Positions 47,947 through 59,736 of a stretch of DNA of 64,000 nucleotides are shown piece by piece. The notes under the pieces were generated by a model. It was not told where the DNA came from and ran no database searches. It saw nothing but the letters and a program-made list of their open reading frames with translations. The DNA is taken from assembly GCA_026025795.1 (NCBI GenBank), contig JAPEUG010000002.1, positions 62,001 to 126,000 of the forward strand, in the 5' to 3' direction. The position numbers and the translations under genes were made by a program. The DNA comes from Thelocarpon superellum (taxonomy: Eukaryota). Every line of letters begins with the position of its first letter. The stretch's first letter is position 1.

Positions 47947-50638
47947 ATGGCGGCGCAGTCCACCCTCCGCCACTCGGAGGACCCCATCCTCGTGCTGTAT
48001 CACCACTATGTCTCCCTCCTCCGCGGCCGACTCCTGCGCACCTCACGCACCACGCGACTCCTCGCCACGTGCGCCCTGGTGCTCTCCATCATCGGCGGCA
48101 GTGTAGGGGGTCAGCGATGGTGGAGGAGACACGCCGAGGAGAAAGAGCGGGGCAAACGCCTCCTGCGGCGCAACTCGGGTCTTCGGGGCAAAGATGGATC
48201 CAGGACCATCTACGTCCCCTACCGCTCCACCACGTCCAAGGTCACGATCCATCCGACGCGGCCCATGACCTTCGATGCCCACCGTCGCCTGTTCCTGCAC
48301 CCGCCCCGCGCCGCTGGACTGAGCGATGGGCCCACATTGCCACAAGTGCCACCACCCCAGACCAAGCCCGGCCTCAATTTAGCCTTCTTGCATCAGTTCT
48401 TAAGCCTGCTTAGCATCATGGTGCCGCGCTGGGACAGCAAGGAGATGGGCTTGTTGCTAAGCCACAGCGGCTTCTTGATCCTCCGGACCTATCTTTCCTT
48501 GGTGGTGGCCCGGCTCGACGGGGAGATCGTCCGAGACTTGGTCGCAGGCCACGGTCGTGCATTCTCGTGGGGGATCGTCAAGTGGTTGGGCCTCGGCGGC
48601 TTCTCGTCGGTGAGTCCCCTCTCTGGTCTGAGGAGTGGATTACGATTGACGGGTGTACTATCCTCAGTATACCAACGCCATCATCAAATACCTCCAGTCC
48701 AAGCTCTCCATCGCCTTCCGGACTCGCTTGACTCGCTACATCCACGACCTCTACCTGAATGACAATCTGAACTACTACAAGCTCTCGAATTTAGATGGCG
48801 GGGTTGGTCGGGGCGCGGACCAGTTCATCACGCAAGACTTGACCCTGTTCTGCGAATCGGCTGCGTCGCTGTACTCATCGCTGGGCAAGCCCTTTGTGGA
48901 TTGCTGTGTCTTCAGCTACCAGCTCTTCCGATCGCTTGGACCGATTGCCTGGACCGGGCTGTTCAGCAACTACTTTCTCACGGCGACATTATTACAACGG
49001 CTCTCACCACCCTTTGGCAAGCTCAAGGCGGCCGAAGGACGACGAGAGGGTGACTTCCGCGGACTGCACGCTCGTCTCATCGCCAACGCGGAAGAGGTGG
49101 CGTTCTACGGTGGCGCAGACATGGAGAAGATCTTCCTCGACAAAGGCTTCAAGGATTTGAAGAACTGGATGGAAGGTATCTACAGTCTGAAGATCCGCTA
49201 CAACATGTTGGAGGACTTTATCCTAAAATACAGCTGGAGCGCCTTTGGCTATCTCATCACGTCCTTGCCCATCTTCCTCCCGGCGTGGGGCGGCCTGGGC
49301 GGCATGCTCGAGCTCGCGGATGGTGGAGACCGGGCGGGACGAGAGCGGGGTCGAATGAAGGAGTTCATTACCAACAAACGTCTGATGCTGTCGCTGGCAG
49401 ACGCCGGCGGCCGCATGATGTACTCGATCAAGGACATTTCCGAACTGGCCGGCTACACCTCCCGCGTCTACACGCTGATCTCGACCCTGCACCGCGTGCA
49501 CGCGAACGCATACTCTCCTCCGCGGGGCACGAGCGCAGAGCTGTACTCCCTCTCCGACGTGCAGGGCACGATCCACAAAGGATTCGATGGGGTGCGACTT
49601 GAGAACGTGCCCGTTGTGGCACCGGCCCTGTATCCTCAAGGAGGCGACGAGCTGGTCGAGACCCTGTCGATGGTGGTGCGAGCCGGTGAGCACTTGCTCA
49701 TCTCCGGCCCCAACGGTGTCGGCAAGAGCGCGGTGTCGCGTATCATCGCAGGCCTGTGGCCCGTCTACCGCGGTCTGGTCAGCCGACCCCGCAGCATCGG
49801 CACGGACGGGATCATGTTCCTGCCGCAGCGTCCGTATCTCAGCATCGGCACGCTGCGCGACCAGGTCATCTACCCCCACTCGGAGATGGACATGCGCGAC
49901 AGTGGACGACGCGATCACGAGCTCAGCCGCGTGCTGGAGGAAGTACGCTTGGGCTATCTCCCCGACCGAGAGGGCGGTTGGGATTGCCGCAAGGAGTGGA
50001 AAGACGTCCTCTCGGGCGGCGAGAAACAGCGCATGGCCATGGCGAGACTGATGTATCACGTGGGTGCCTCTCACACGCACACATCCTCTCCGCATACCAC
50101 AAGACTAATCTGCTGCCTCGTTCCAGGAACCGCGTTACGCATTCATCGACGAAGGCACTTCGGCTGTCTCTTCCGACGTGGAAGGCCTCTTGTACGAACG
50201 TGCAAAAGAGAAAGGAATCAGTATGCATCCGTCCCCCTGTCTTCCTCACCTCGCACTTCATCACCCCCATCATCCATCCATCTCGTCCAGAGCAACGGCA
50301 ACGGCACTGACCACGCGCTTCACCTTCCAGCACTCATCACGATATCGACACGAGCCTCACTCAAGAAGTACCACACGTACAACCTCAGCCTAGGAGGTGG
50401 AGCCGACGGAACGGCATGGGAGTTCGAGCGCATCGGCACAGAGAAGGAGAAGATGAACGTGCAGCGTGAACTGCAGGATCTCAAGGACCGCTTGGCCCAC
50501 GTGGCGCAGTGGCAGGCGCGGAGGCAAGAGCTCGAGGACGAACTGGGTCGTGTTTGGGTCGAGGGGGGCGACGAACTAGAACAGCCGGCTTATGTCCAGG
50601 AGGGGGTGGAGGAGGGTAAAGTGCAAGAAGAGCAGTAG
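47947..50638 (+). CDS. PXA1: Peroxisomal ABC half-transporter (ABCD family, fatty acyl-CoA import; about 4 exons)
   Basis: RTYLSLVVARLDGEIVRDLV, FRTRLTRYIH, EGDFRGLHARLIANAEEVAFYGG, Walker A GPNGVGKS, FLPQRPYLSIGTLRDQVIYP, signature LSGGEKQR, Walker B AFIDEGTSAVS. PXA1 versus PXA2 is judged from the N-terminus only. Confidence 0.88.
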
Positions 50639-50927
50639 GGGCATCTTCCGTCATCACAACCGCATGCATATCATATACACACCCTGGTGTGTACTTCTTC
50701 ATATCCGTAGGTATGGAATGGAATGGAAATATCCAAATGATTCATCCGTGACCCGTCTGGATCTAGCAGGTGCGCGCCGCCGCCTTACGCTTGCGCGACC
50801 AGGGGGCCCTTGCGCGACCCGGGGTGCGTTGGGGCGGTGTCAGGCTCTTGGCCTCTAGTCCCTAGAAGCAGATTGATTATTGTCCTCCTAGCTAGGCTAA
50901 GCTACCGCTGCTATATGTGGATGCTGC

Positions 50928-50954
50928 AGGGTCACGTGGACGCCACGTGACCCT
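50928..50954. promoter_or_regulatory. Perfect 12-bp inverted repeat containing two inverted GTCACGTG (E-box/Cbf1-type) sites
   Basis: agggtcacgtgg-acg-ccacgtgaccct. Confidence 0.5.
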
Positions 50955-51086
50955 ACGGGTCCTCACATCCCTCACAGGCGGTGCCGAGGTTGTGCTGCAC
51001 TAGCTGCCGCCTGGCTGGGACGCGTGAGAGATCTGATGCTCCCCAACCTGGCACACTGACACAACCCAGCCAACATTCTGATAGAA

Positions 51087-51252
51087 GATGACAAAATCAG
51101 TGACTGGTCATGGGAGAGCGCGGCGGGAAATGCTGCTTTGGGGTTTCCACACATTTAATACACGGGGATCCAAGCAGAGTTTCGATAGTGAGCAGTAATA
51201 CTGGCATACTCAGATAGAATCGATGCTGATTCCTGCGGGGCAACAGAATGCG
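51087..51252. repeat. Dispersed diverged repeat, copy B, followed by a TpA-rich tract to ~51540 (possible transposon relic)
   Basis: Collinear similarity to 40700-40853. The downstream sequence is rich in TAG/CTA and non-coding. Confidence 0.7.
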
Positions 51253-52333
51253 ACCTCCTGTAGCTTTTGTGCCAAGTCTTGCACGCAGCTAGCAGAGCTC
51301 CAGCATTCAACTCGAGTACTACAACAGAGTCGGGAATAGTAGGTCACGGAACCCTATTGCACCCGAACATCCTAGCCGATAGACATGGTCTACTGATTCC
51401 ACCTAGCTGTAGACTCCGTCATCACACTAGCAGTACTGTGGAGGCGCCATACGGGAGCTCGAGGCTTCTGAGTAAGCCGCTGCATGTGACCCACAATAGC
51501 TGTATATTAGAACAATGGATAGCTTCTGTAGACTAGACCACCCATCTCCAGTCTATTTACCGGGGTGCGTCAGTACTTAGTGGTTGAAGCCGGTGTGGGC
51601 TGACCGTGGCACATGGTGGTTACAGTTCGGCGGTAACGACGGAATCAATTCCTCCAATTGGCGCCGACAGCCTTCGCCTTGGTCCCACTACGGCAAGAAG
51701 TGCTCCATGCCTCCCTCAAAGCTTCATGGGCAGGGAAGGAGGCGGACGAGTAAGACTTTGGCACGGACTGACTGAACCAAGTTGGCCGACAAGCCCCCAA
51801 CAACAAGCTCGGCTCCGATTTGGTACCGCCGCTAGGCGCAGCGGGCCCAAGTATCGCACCCTGCCCATGCCCCACGCTAAGCACGGCATGGTCGAGGTGG
51901 CGCGATGCATCGCCGGGTGGCACGAGCATAGGGCGCCAGGGGGCACCCGCTAAACCGGGAGAGAACGGATGGATCGGCCATCGAGAAACATTCGGTGGGT
52001 GGGGTATCGTGGCGCAGCACGCACTTGACAGCAGACTCCAGCCCACAAGTGATGTGGCCGAAGTCATGCAGCGAAAAGGCGGATCAGAAGGGATATGGCG
52101 GCTTGGGCAGCACGGCCCATTCACACGGCCTCTCCATAAGGCTAACTATGACTACGCCTCACCCCACAGCCGCCCACCACTTCGCCACAGCTTGCCGCCC
52201 CCAAAATTCCCCAGAGAGTCAGATTGTGTCACGTTGAGATAACGATGATACATATGCGACTGATAGCCTCTCTTTTCATGCGTACGGGTTTCGGCTTCAA
52301 CAGCCTCTGCCACGGTGCAGAGACTCTCTCATA

Positions 52334-54271
52334 ATGGCTTTTCGAGAACGGACGAGTGAGGACAGTCCACCATTCTCCCCAACACCCGAGCCTGAAAGAC
52401 CGACATCTCCTTCAAATGACCCCCATAATCTGCACGATGAGCTCTCATCCAACATTCGTCCCTCGTTTGAGTTACAGCCTTTGGGCGAGCACCGAGGCAG
52501 TGACTGGGAATATGACCGACTCCACCAACCTCAGAGGACCTCGAGTCCTCCCGTTTCCACTCCATTCCAGCCTACGCCATTGCGCCGAATCCACTGGTAC
52601 GGACCGACGATGATGGCAGCGTCGCTTTTGATGGGAATCCTCTTCGCCATCATCCATCATCTCTACTACTCGTACTGGGATTCGAGAGAAGTCGCCAGTG
52701 ACAATCAGCAGAAATGGGTCATCCGCGGAGGCACCGTCTTTGCCTTTTGCTTCAAGACGGCTCTGGCCATGGGCGCCGCCGTGGCCTACACCCAATATCT
52801 CTGGCTGTCTCTGCGTGCCAAATCACACAACGCCGACCGCATCAACACCATGTTCACTGTCCTGACCAATGCTCTCCATTTCCGACATCTGGCGACGTGG
52901 ACTGAGGTTCCGGTGCTAGCTGGAATGGCTATCATCACATGGTGAGACTCTCATGTGATTGCTTCAGGGAGAAGCTAACAAGACAGGATGCTTCCCCTTG
53001 CCGCAATCATTGCCCCCGGCACGATGATCGTCAACACAGTTCTTCTCGACAACATGCAACACATTCTCGTGCCACAATTCAACTTTGACAACTGGCAAGC
53101 CTTCGGTACCGCCGCCGTGCCGTTTGGTGGCTTTGATCGAGCAGACCCCGACCTGGTCCGGCTCGCTCTCTCTTCGGCCAGTTCCGAGTCCATCCTCATC
53201 ATCCCTCCACCTGCGCCAAACGCCACATACTCGTCCAACTTCTCCGCGCCCGCTCTGGTCTGTAGTCCCGTCACCAATCAGACCACGTATGACAACGTCA
53301 GCAAGGCAATCTTTGAACAATTCGCAAACGTCGACGAAGGCTGGTCTCCAATCTTCTTCTCTTGGGCAGGTGACCCGGCACAACCTCCGGCATTCAACTC
53401 GAGCTTTGTGCCTATCGTCCCCGAGACCGTGGGCGATAGTTTCTACCAACTGAACATCTGGGTCTACTCGGCAGCAGCCCACCAAGTCACGGACGACGTC
53501 TTTATCAACTGCATTCTCAACAATGCCACGTACAATGTCAACATTTCCACCCAAGACAGCCAGCAGCAGAGCCTGCAGATCAAAAGAGCCCCCAGCCCGA
53601 TCCCCGTACCGTATTACGACGGGGAGAGTACTCTCACGGGCGACATTCTCGGTGAGACGCTCTCGTACGCGGCCGTCATGGCGGCCATGGGCCACGTCCT
53701 GGCCGGCTGCATCTACTCGGATCAGTACGGCAACCTGGTGACCTATTCGACCTCGATCACGTCCACCGGGGTAAATAAAGTCCTCTTGACGGACCCCGGC
53801 GCCGGCCCGATGAAGCAAACGGCCACCAACGCGACCATGACCTCGACCGTCGAGACCATTTTCCAAAACGTCACCATGAGCCTCCTGTCCTCGGACCGCT
53901 ACACCGCCAACCAGTCTGCCATCGCCGCCGACCCCGCACGCTACCCGCCCACAACCGTCAGCGTCGCCCAGTCCGCGAATATCTACGTCTACCTGCGGCT
54001 CGACCTGTGGCTCGCATACGGCATCGCCCTCATCTTCGCCATACTCTGCAGTGTCCTTGGATCCTCGGCCCTCCTGCACAACGGCCTCTCTTACACCAAC
54101 GACTTCACCACCATCCTGCGCACTACCCGCAATCCGGGCCTCGATAACCTCGTCGCCGAAAGTGAGGCCAGTGGCGCCGATCCTGCCCCGGCTCATACCC
54201 TGCGCGGGAGGTTGTTGTATCAAAGGGAGACAAAGGAGGGATTTGCAGGGTTTATGCTGAGGGGAGATTGA
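52334..54271 (+). CDS. Hypothetical multi-pass membrane glycoprotein (N-terminal TMs, large N-glycosylated luminal domain, C-terminal TM; 2 exons)
   Basis: Intron ~52942-52987 (GTGAGA...GCTAAC...CAG). Motifs ILFAIIHHLYY, QKWVIRGGTVFAF, AYTQYLWLSLR, IAPGT, ETIFQNVTMSLLS, LWLAYGIAL and SYTNDFTTILRTTRNP, as in a widespread uncharacterised ascomycete family. Many NxT/S sites. Confidence 0.8.
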
Positions 54272-54671
54272 GCATATCTTTTAGAGGGATAGCATCTGAT
54301 GGAGTTTGTTGCATACACGTGGACTAAGCCGACCAATATGCGGTAATCGGTTTGTGTTAGTCACGGGTGGTTCGAATGTCGATTCTGTAACATTTCCAAC
54401 CATATTTGATTCATAGAATGGAGATAGCAGAAGAGGTCAATCTTGCGGTTCGCCCAAATTGATGCGACTCGTAGAGTCCACGTGTATTGAACCCGTCTGC
54501 CAGAATAAGTAGAACACAAGTCTCTCGTACGAACGGAGAAAATGGACAGACTTCAAACGCCTGTCCCTCGCCTCCTTCCCCTCACGTCCGCATTTACCGC
54601 TTCAGTCAACTCCAGAATCAACATTCAACATTCAACACCTGCATCCATCTGTCCATCCATCCACTTAACTA

Positions 54672-54985
54672 TCACACCCGCCGTAACTTCATTGAAGACT
54701 GTGCAGCTACGAGGGTAGAAAGCGCGCCCATAAAGAGACACGCTAATAGCATTCGTGCCGCTATTCTTCAGTGACCTCGCTTCTCCCTTTCCTCCTTCGT
54801 TCCTGTCCCTGTTCCTGTCCCTAGCGTCTTGAAAGCATCTCCGTCGCGGACGAGCTCGGGACTAGTACCGGGTTCCAGCAGAGCAAAGACTACGGTGCTG
54901 GTAAAGGTACTGATGAATTGGGGTAGGGTGGTGAAGGGATTCAGGATGCCGAGGTAGATGCCGGCTAGCTCGCCCGTAGACAACG
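54672..54985 (-). pseudogene. Frameshifted 3' fragment of a Sut1-type sucrose/alpha-glucoside permease (GPH/MFS)
   Basis: STGELAGIYLGILNPFTTLPQFISTFTSTVVFALLEPGTSPEL, then after two frame changes GTNAISV / LFMGALSTLVAAQSSMKLRRV*, which matches the last two TMs of fungal Sut1-like permeases. There is no room for the 5' part of the gene. Confidence 0.65.
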
Positions 54986-55107
54986 CGGGTCCAGTGGCCA
55001 CCACGGACCGCCACCGGCAGGGGACTAGCACTGTTGGGGCAGAGACACCAATGCTGACGGGGAACCAGCGCGGGTAGAGATCCGGTACTGGAGCAATGCC
55101 ATCGACG

Positions 55108-56261
55108 CTACGCAAAGATAGGAAACGTGCCCAGGTACTGTTTGAATGTCAGCGAACACTAATCAAGAACGCGTGGCCGGCGAGTAGATAGGAGGAGAAC
55201 CCACATCCATGGGATTGTTGAATCTGAGGTTCCGATCGAGGGCCGAAATAGCCTCAATGTCTTCCTGCGCCAGTTCGAACGTCGTGACATGCAGGTTCTG
55301 CTGCAGCCGCTCAGGGTCATTACTTTTCGGGATGACAGCGATGCCGCGCTGCGTGGACCAGCGCAAGAGCACCTGCGCCGGCGTCTTTCCATGCTTCGCC
55401 GCGATCGACGCAACAGAGGGATTCTCAAAGAGCAGCGGCGTGGCGCTTGCTTTCTTGAAGTCGAGCTCGAGGAAAGACTGCGGCCCGAACGAGCTATACG
55501 CCGTGATGGCCAAGCCCTCGCTGCGCGCATACTCGGTGAGGTTGGGCTGCACCAGGTACGGATGGTGTTCGATCTGCAGCACGGCAGGCCGCACGCGCGC
55601 GTACCGGAACAAGTCCATGATCAGTGAGCCTGAGAAGTTGGAGATGCCGATGCTGCGCGCGAGCTTGCTGTCGTAGAGCCTTTCCATTGCCGTCCACGTT
55701 TCTTGGATCGTGGCTGTCCCCGCCACCACCTTCTTGCCGTCGTACGTCCACTCGGGCGGATAGCGGACGGATGGGTCCACGTACTTGAGACTGATGGGGA
55801 AGTGCACGATGTAGAGGTCGAAGTAGGAAATTCCCCAATCGCTCAGCTGCTTCTTGCATGCCGCTTCGACCTGTTCGTGGTCGTGGAAGCTCTGCGGTAT
55901 TGGTTAACCTCATGCCTTGTATGGTAGGTTATGATGCGATATGTCTTTCTCTCACGTTCCAAAGCTTGCTGACCAAGAAGAGATCATCCCGTTTCACCAG
56001 GCCGTCCTTGATGGCTCTCGCCACCCCTTCCCCCGCTTCACGCTCGTTGCCGTAGTCTAGATGGATGGTTAGCATGCGTGGAGCAAGGCTACTTTGAACG
56101 AAGGACGTACCGCATGCTCCGTCGAATAGTCGATACCCCACTTTGATGGCGTTGTAGACTTGGTCGGCGCAGGTGTCTTTTCTGACTTTCCAGAGGCCGA
56201 AGCCCACGAGGGGCATCTGGTGGCCGGTATTGAGCTTGACGGTTGGTACGGATGATGCCAT
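55108..56261 (-). CDS. XYL1: NAD(P)H-dependent D-xylose/aldose reductase (AKR2 family; 4 exons)
   Basis: [66 protein letters not shown] and IPKSN. Last mini-exon YLGTFPIFA* ends at 55108. Confidence 0.92.
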
Positions 56262-56356
56262 CGCGGCCAGTCTTCTTACGGAATTGGGAAATATTTCAAT
56301 GCAAAAGAATGAGAATACAGCTGGACCGAGTTACTGCGAGGCCAGGAACGGGGGAC

Positions 56357-56397
56357 CTGGAGCGGGACCTGGAGCGGGGGCGGGGGCGAGGGCGGGG
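56357..56397 (+). promoter_or_regulatory. Cluster of five SYGGRG (CreA/Mig1 consensus) sites about 100-140 nt upstream of the XYL1 ATG
   Basis: ctggag (56357, 56369) and gcgggg (56374, 56380, 56392). Confidence 0.45.
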
Positions 56398-57136
56398 GCA
56401 TATGAAACTTCGGAAGAGGATCTTTGTCATCCGAGTGGGTCCAGGATGTAGGATGTCGGGCCAGACAAAACAATGAAGCACGAAATAGCACGAACTACTT
56501 CTAGTACTAACATACTATAGTGTATCTGCGTGACGAGGCAGTTGCTCAATCAACTTACGAAGTATTACCTTAGGCCATCATGCTTACTTCGATTTGGAAG
56601 ACCCCACGAATATCACCGACTTCCTTTTCTTTGCCGTCTAGAGCCTAGGGCACCGTTGTCTCAAACTGCCAAAGCTGGTTCACAATACCTCGTTGTTGCA
56701 TTTCGGCTTGTCGACTAGCACTTGAGGCCAACAGATCACAGGTAACCGTGGACATTCACGACCTTGGAGGTCTGTCTCCTATCCCACATCTTGAGGCCTC
56801 CACGTCAAGTGTCCTTTGCCATGTCCATCTCGATCGAGGCAAAGATACAGAGCAACTCTCATGTGGCCCGACGTAATCTAGCCCGTTCAATGTACATGGA
56901 TGATCGGTCCTTCTCAGGCACCCATATGCTCCCGTATATTAATACACGTGTTGTTACCCGGCATGCTTGAAAAGTTCAAAGATCCCGACGTCAACAACGC
57001 GACCAATTGTGCAGATCCGATGTGAGTGAGCAGCACGCCCACCCTCCATAACCCGTCTCTGCCATGGAACAGGCAGTCCAATCGATGTTCGATTCCCGAC
57101 CCGTGCTCCGGTCCCTGGAAAGCGCTGTCCGGTGCC

Positions 57137-57888
57137 TTAAGCTGCAAATTTCCGCGTGAATTTGGCGATAACTGCGCATTGATTAGCCGAGATCCCGAGG
57201 AAGAGAGTCGGAACACCTACTGTGTAGAGCGACCACGCTGAAAATAAAGCCAAGACTGAGAACGAGCACCACGACAGGGTCGACCTTGAGACCGGGAGAT
57301 TCGTCCGTATAGAGTCCTGCAGTACAGGTCAGCCAAGGGTCCTTCAGTTGACCTTGACCTGGGTCACGATTGAGTGACCCAATGCCTCCACGTTGAGGCT
57401 CGGCACATACTCAGCATGGTGCTGCTGCTACCTCCCGCGCCCGCCGCCCGGGTGCTGCTCGGTCGTGTATTGGCAACTTTGTCGGCTCGGTCCGCCGCGG
57501 CCTTCCTTCGGATCGCTGTCTTGGGTCCACCCGGAGGTAGTGGTGAGGATGGTCTCGCCGTAGTCGAGCCAGACGCGCCGGGAGAGATGACGGGTGATGA
57601 TGGGCCGGGAGACGACTGTGGAGAGACCAGTCAGCGATCGCGCATGGCTCAGCCCGACCAGGCCAGCAGGCACAGAAGCATTGAGACGAGGTGCAAAGCT
57701 CCAAGCAATTGCGAGCTGCCATGAGCCTAGTCATAGCGAGTCACAAGAAAGCCCGCGACCAATGCGCCGACCCCTAGCTCATGGCCAACAACACATGTTG
57801 ACTCATCGGTCGGCCGAGGTTGGGGAGCTTCCTAGGCAGCCAGGACGGGCCCAGTGGCCCGGGAATGGAGCCGATGCCAACTCACCAT
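57137..57888 (-). CDS. SBH1: Sec61 translocon beta subunit (4 exons, first coding exon is ATG only; not in ORF track)
   Basis: ATG|GTGAGT at 57888. Spliced protein MSSPGPSSP...[22 protein letters not shown]...[61 protein letters not shown]. Confidence 0.93.
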
Positions 57889-58416
57889 GGTGGGATGATG
57901 TAAGATCCAGAGATAGATGCGAAGTGCTTGAAGAGCAGGAGAGCGTGTGGAGGTCAAGCTGGGTGATTTGAGGCTGGATGTGTCGCTGCTCCGAACCGTT
58001 GCCGGCGAAGTTCAGGACACGCTTCTTCTGATCAACAACGCGCTAATCCTGATCGACCACTAGCGGATTTTGCCTACGTCGACCCTATCAATCAACAGCA
58101 CCTCCTCCCCCCATGCACAACTCTACACTGACGGGTCCTCATCCCAACCTCCATAGTATCGGGACGTATCATACTGGTCACCAAGCTCTTGGGCCCTTTA
58201 TTTCGGACAATTCGTAGCGCGACATTGGGGTCGCGGCGAGTCGGCACAGTATGCCCGAGGATTTATGAATCAGCCAGTGTGTCTGCACGGTCGGCGTCTG
58301 TCTTAATCATGTTGTATTGACACCCTCTCATGAGTAAAGCTGGAGCAATCCCACCTCCCTTCCTGGAAGTGCCAAAGTCTCCCCATGCATGCACTGCACC
58401 GTCCACCTCCGTCACT

Positions 58417-59295
58417 CTAGTAGAATGTCGACGGTCGCTTCGACACAAACACCTTCTTTCCAACGCTCTTGGGCACACGGTGAGGGAGAGGGAATTTGAG
58501 GTTTTTGGTGAGGAGCTGCTTGATGTACGGTCGCTTGACGTCTTCCGTCTTCTCCAGTTCGACCACTTTAAGGACCTAAAGGGGCCGTCAGCTTGCTCGT
58601 TTTCAGAGAAAGTAGAAAGTGGCAGAGAGCGGCAGCCATACATGAATTGATCGGAACCGGGAGCGATGCCGGGCGGCCATATCCTGGTAAAGAGCATCGA
58701 CGGCTTCCGTCCGGGACATCTCGCGGTACTCCTTGTACATATTGTGCGTGCCCGAACGTGAATCGTATCGGATCCAGATGCCAAAGTTCTTGACCTTAAG
58801 CGGATGCTTCTCGTGGATCTGATCCAGTGTGCCCGTCAGTCTCCCATTCGCTCGGACTTGTCGATGACGGACTAGTCGCCTACCTCGTTCAAGCTGATGA
58901 TCTCGCCATTCGCCTTCTTGACTTTCCGTAACTTCATCAGAAAGTACCAGAATCGTGATTTGGCAACGACAGTGTTCGGCGCGAAGATGCGCATGCGATA
59001 CAGCTTCGGAGTGGGGTTTGCCTCCGAGGGTAAATGCCGGCCGATGACTTGGTACTCTTTGAGGCGACCTGAACGTACATAAGTCAGCCCTCTGTATCGA
59101 CGTGGGTCGAGCTGCCGCTGAGCGGTTTCATTGTCCTCATTGTCCCGTCGCCAGACTGTTGGCAGTCCTGTGACAGCGACCATTCGAGTCCCGACAGCGG
59201 CGTTGATTGACAGCGATGGCAAATAGTCCGGGATGAACGTTCCCTTCGTCGCGGTAATTTACCGTCTCTCATATGAAATTGATTTGCTTACCCAT
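58417..59295 (-). CDS. RPL20: 60S ribosomal protein eL20 (L18a/L20), 4 coding exons including a 4-nt ATGG micro-exon
   Basis: [52 protein letters not shown]..|[32 protein letters not shown]..|VLKVVE..KFPLPHR..KRPSTFY*. Confidence 0.95.
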
Positions 59296-59736
59296 CTGCC
59301 ATAGCGTTAGCAAGAGCGATTCCGAGCTTCAACGTTTTCTTCAGGGCCTTACCTTTGCGATTCTATTGTATCGTCGGTAGATCGAGCTTGATCAACGTCG
59401 TCGGCGCGGAGAGATGCCTCGGGCGAGATCCAAGGCGATTGAATTTCTATCGCTTGCGACTGCGTTAGGGTTAGCAATCGGCGAGTGGGCAGCAAAGGCC
59501 AACTCTTGGTTGGGGCTAGTACCGACTAGTCCTAATCAAAGCTTGCTAGATGCGGGATAGTGGGGGTAGCCACCTCCAAACACTGGCAAGCCGAACGGAG
59601 GACCTCCTAGACTTAGAATCAACCGTCAAGACGATGCATGTTTGATGCGTGCAGGCTCTCGATGACGCTACATGAAAGACTTACCGATGTGACTGTCAGT
59701 AATCGCCGGGTGCTTCGTGCCTGACCGCCGTCTACC

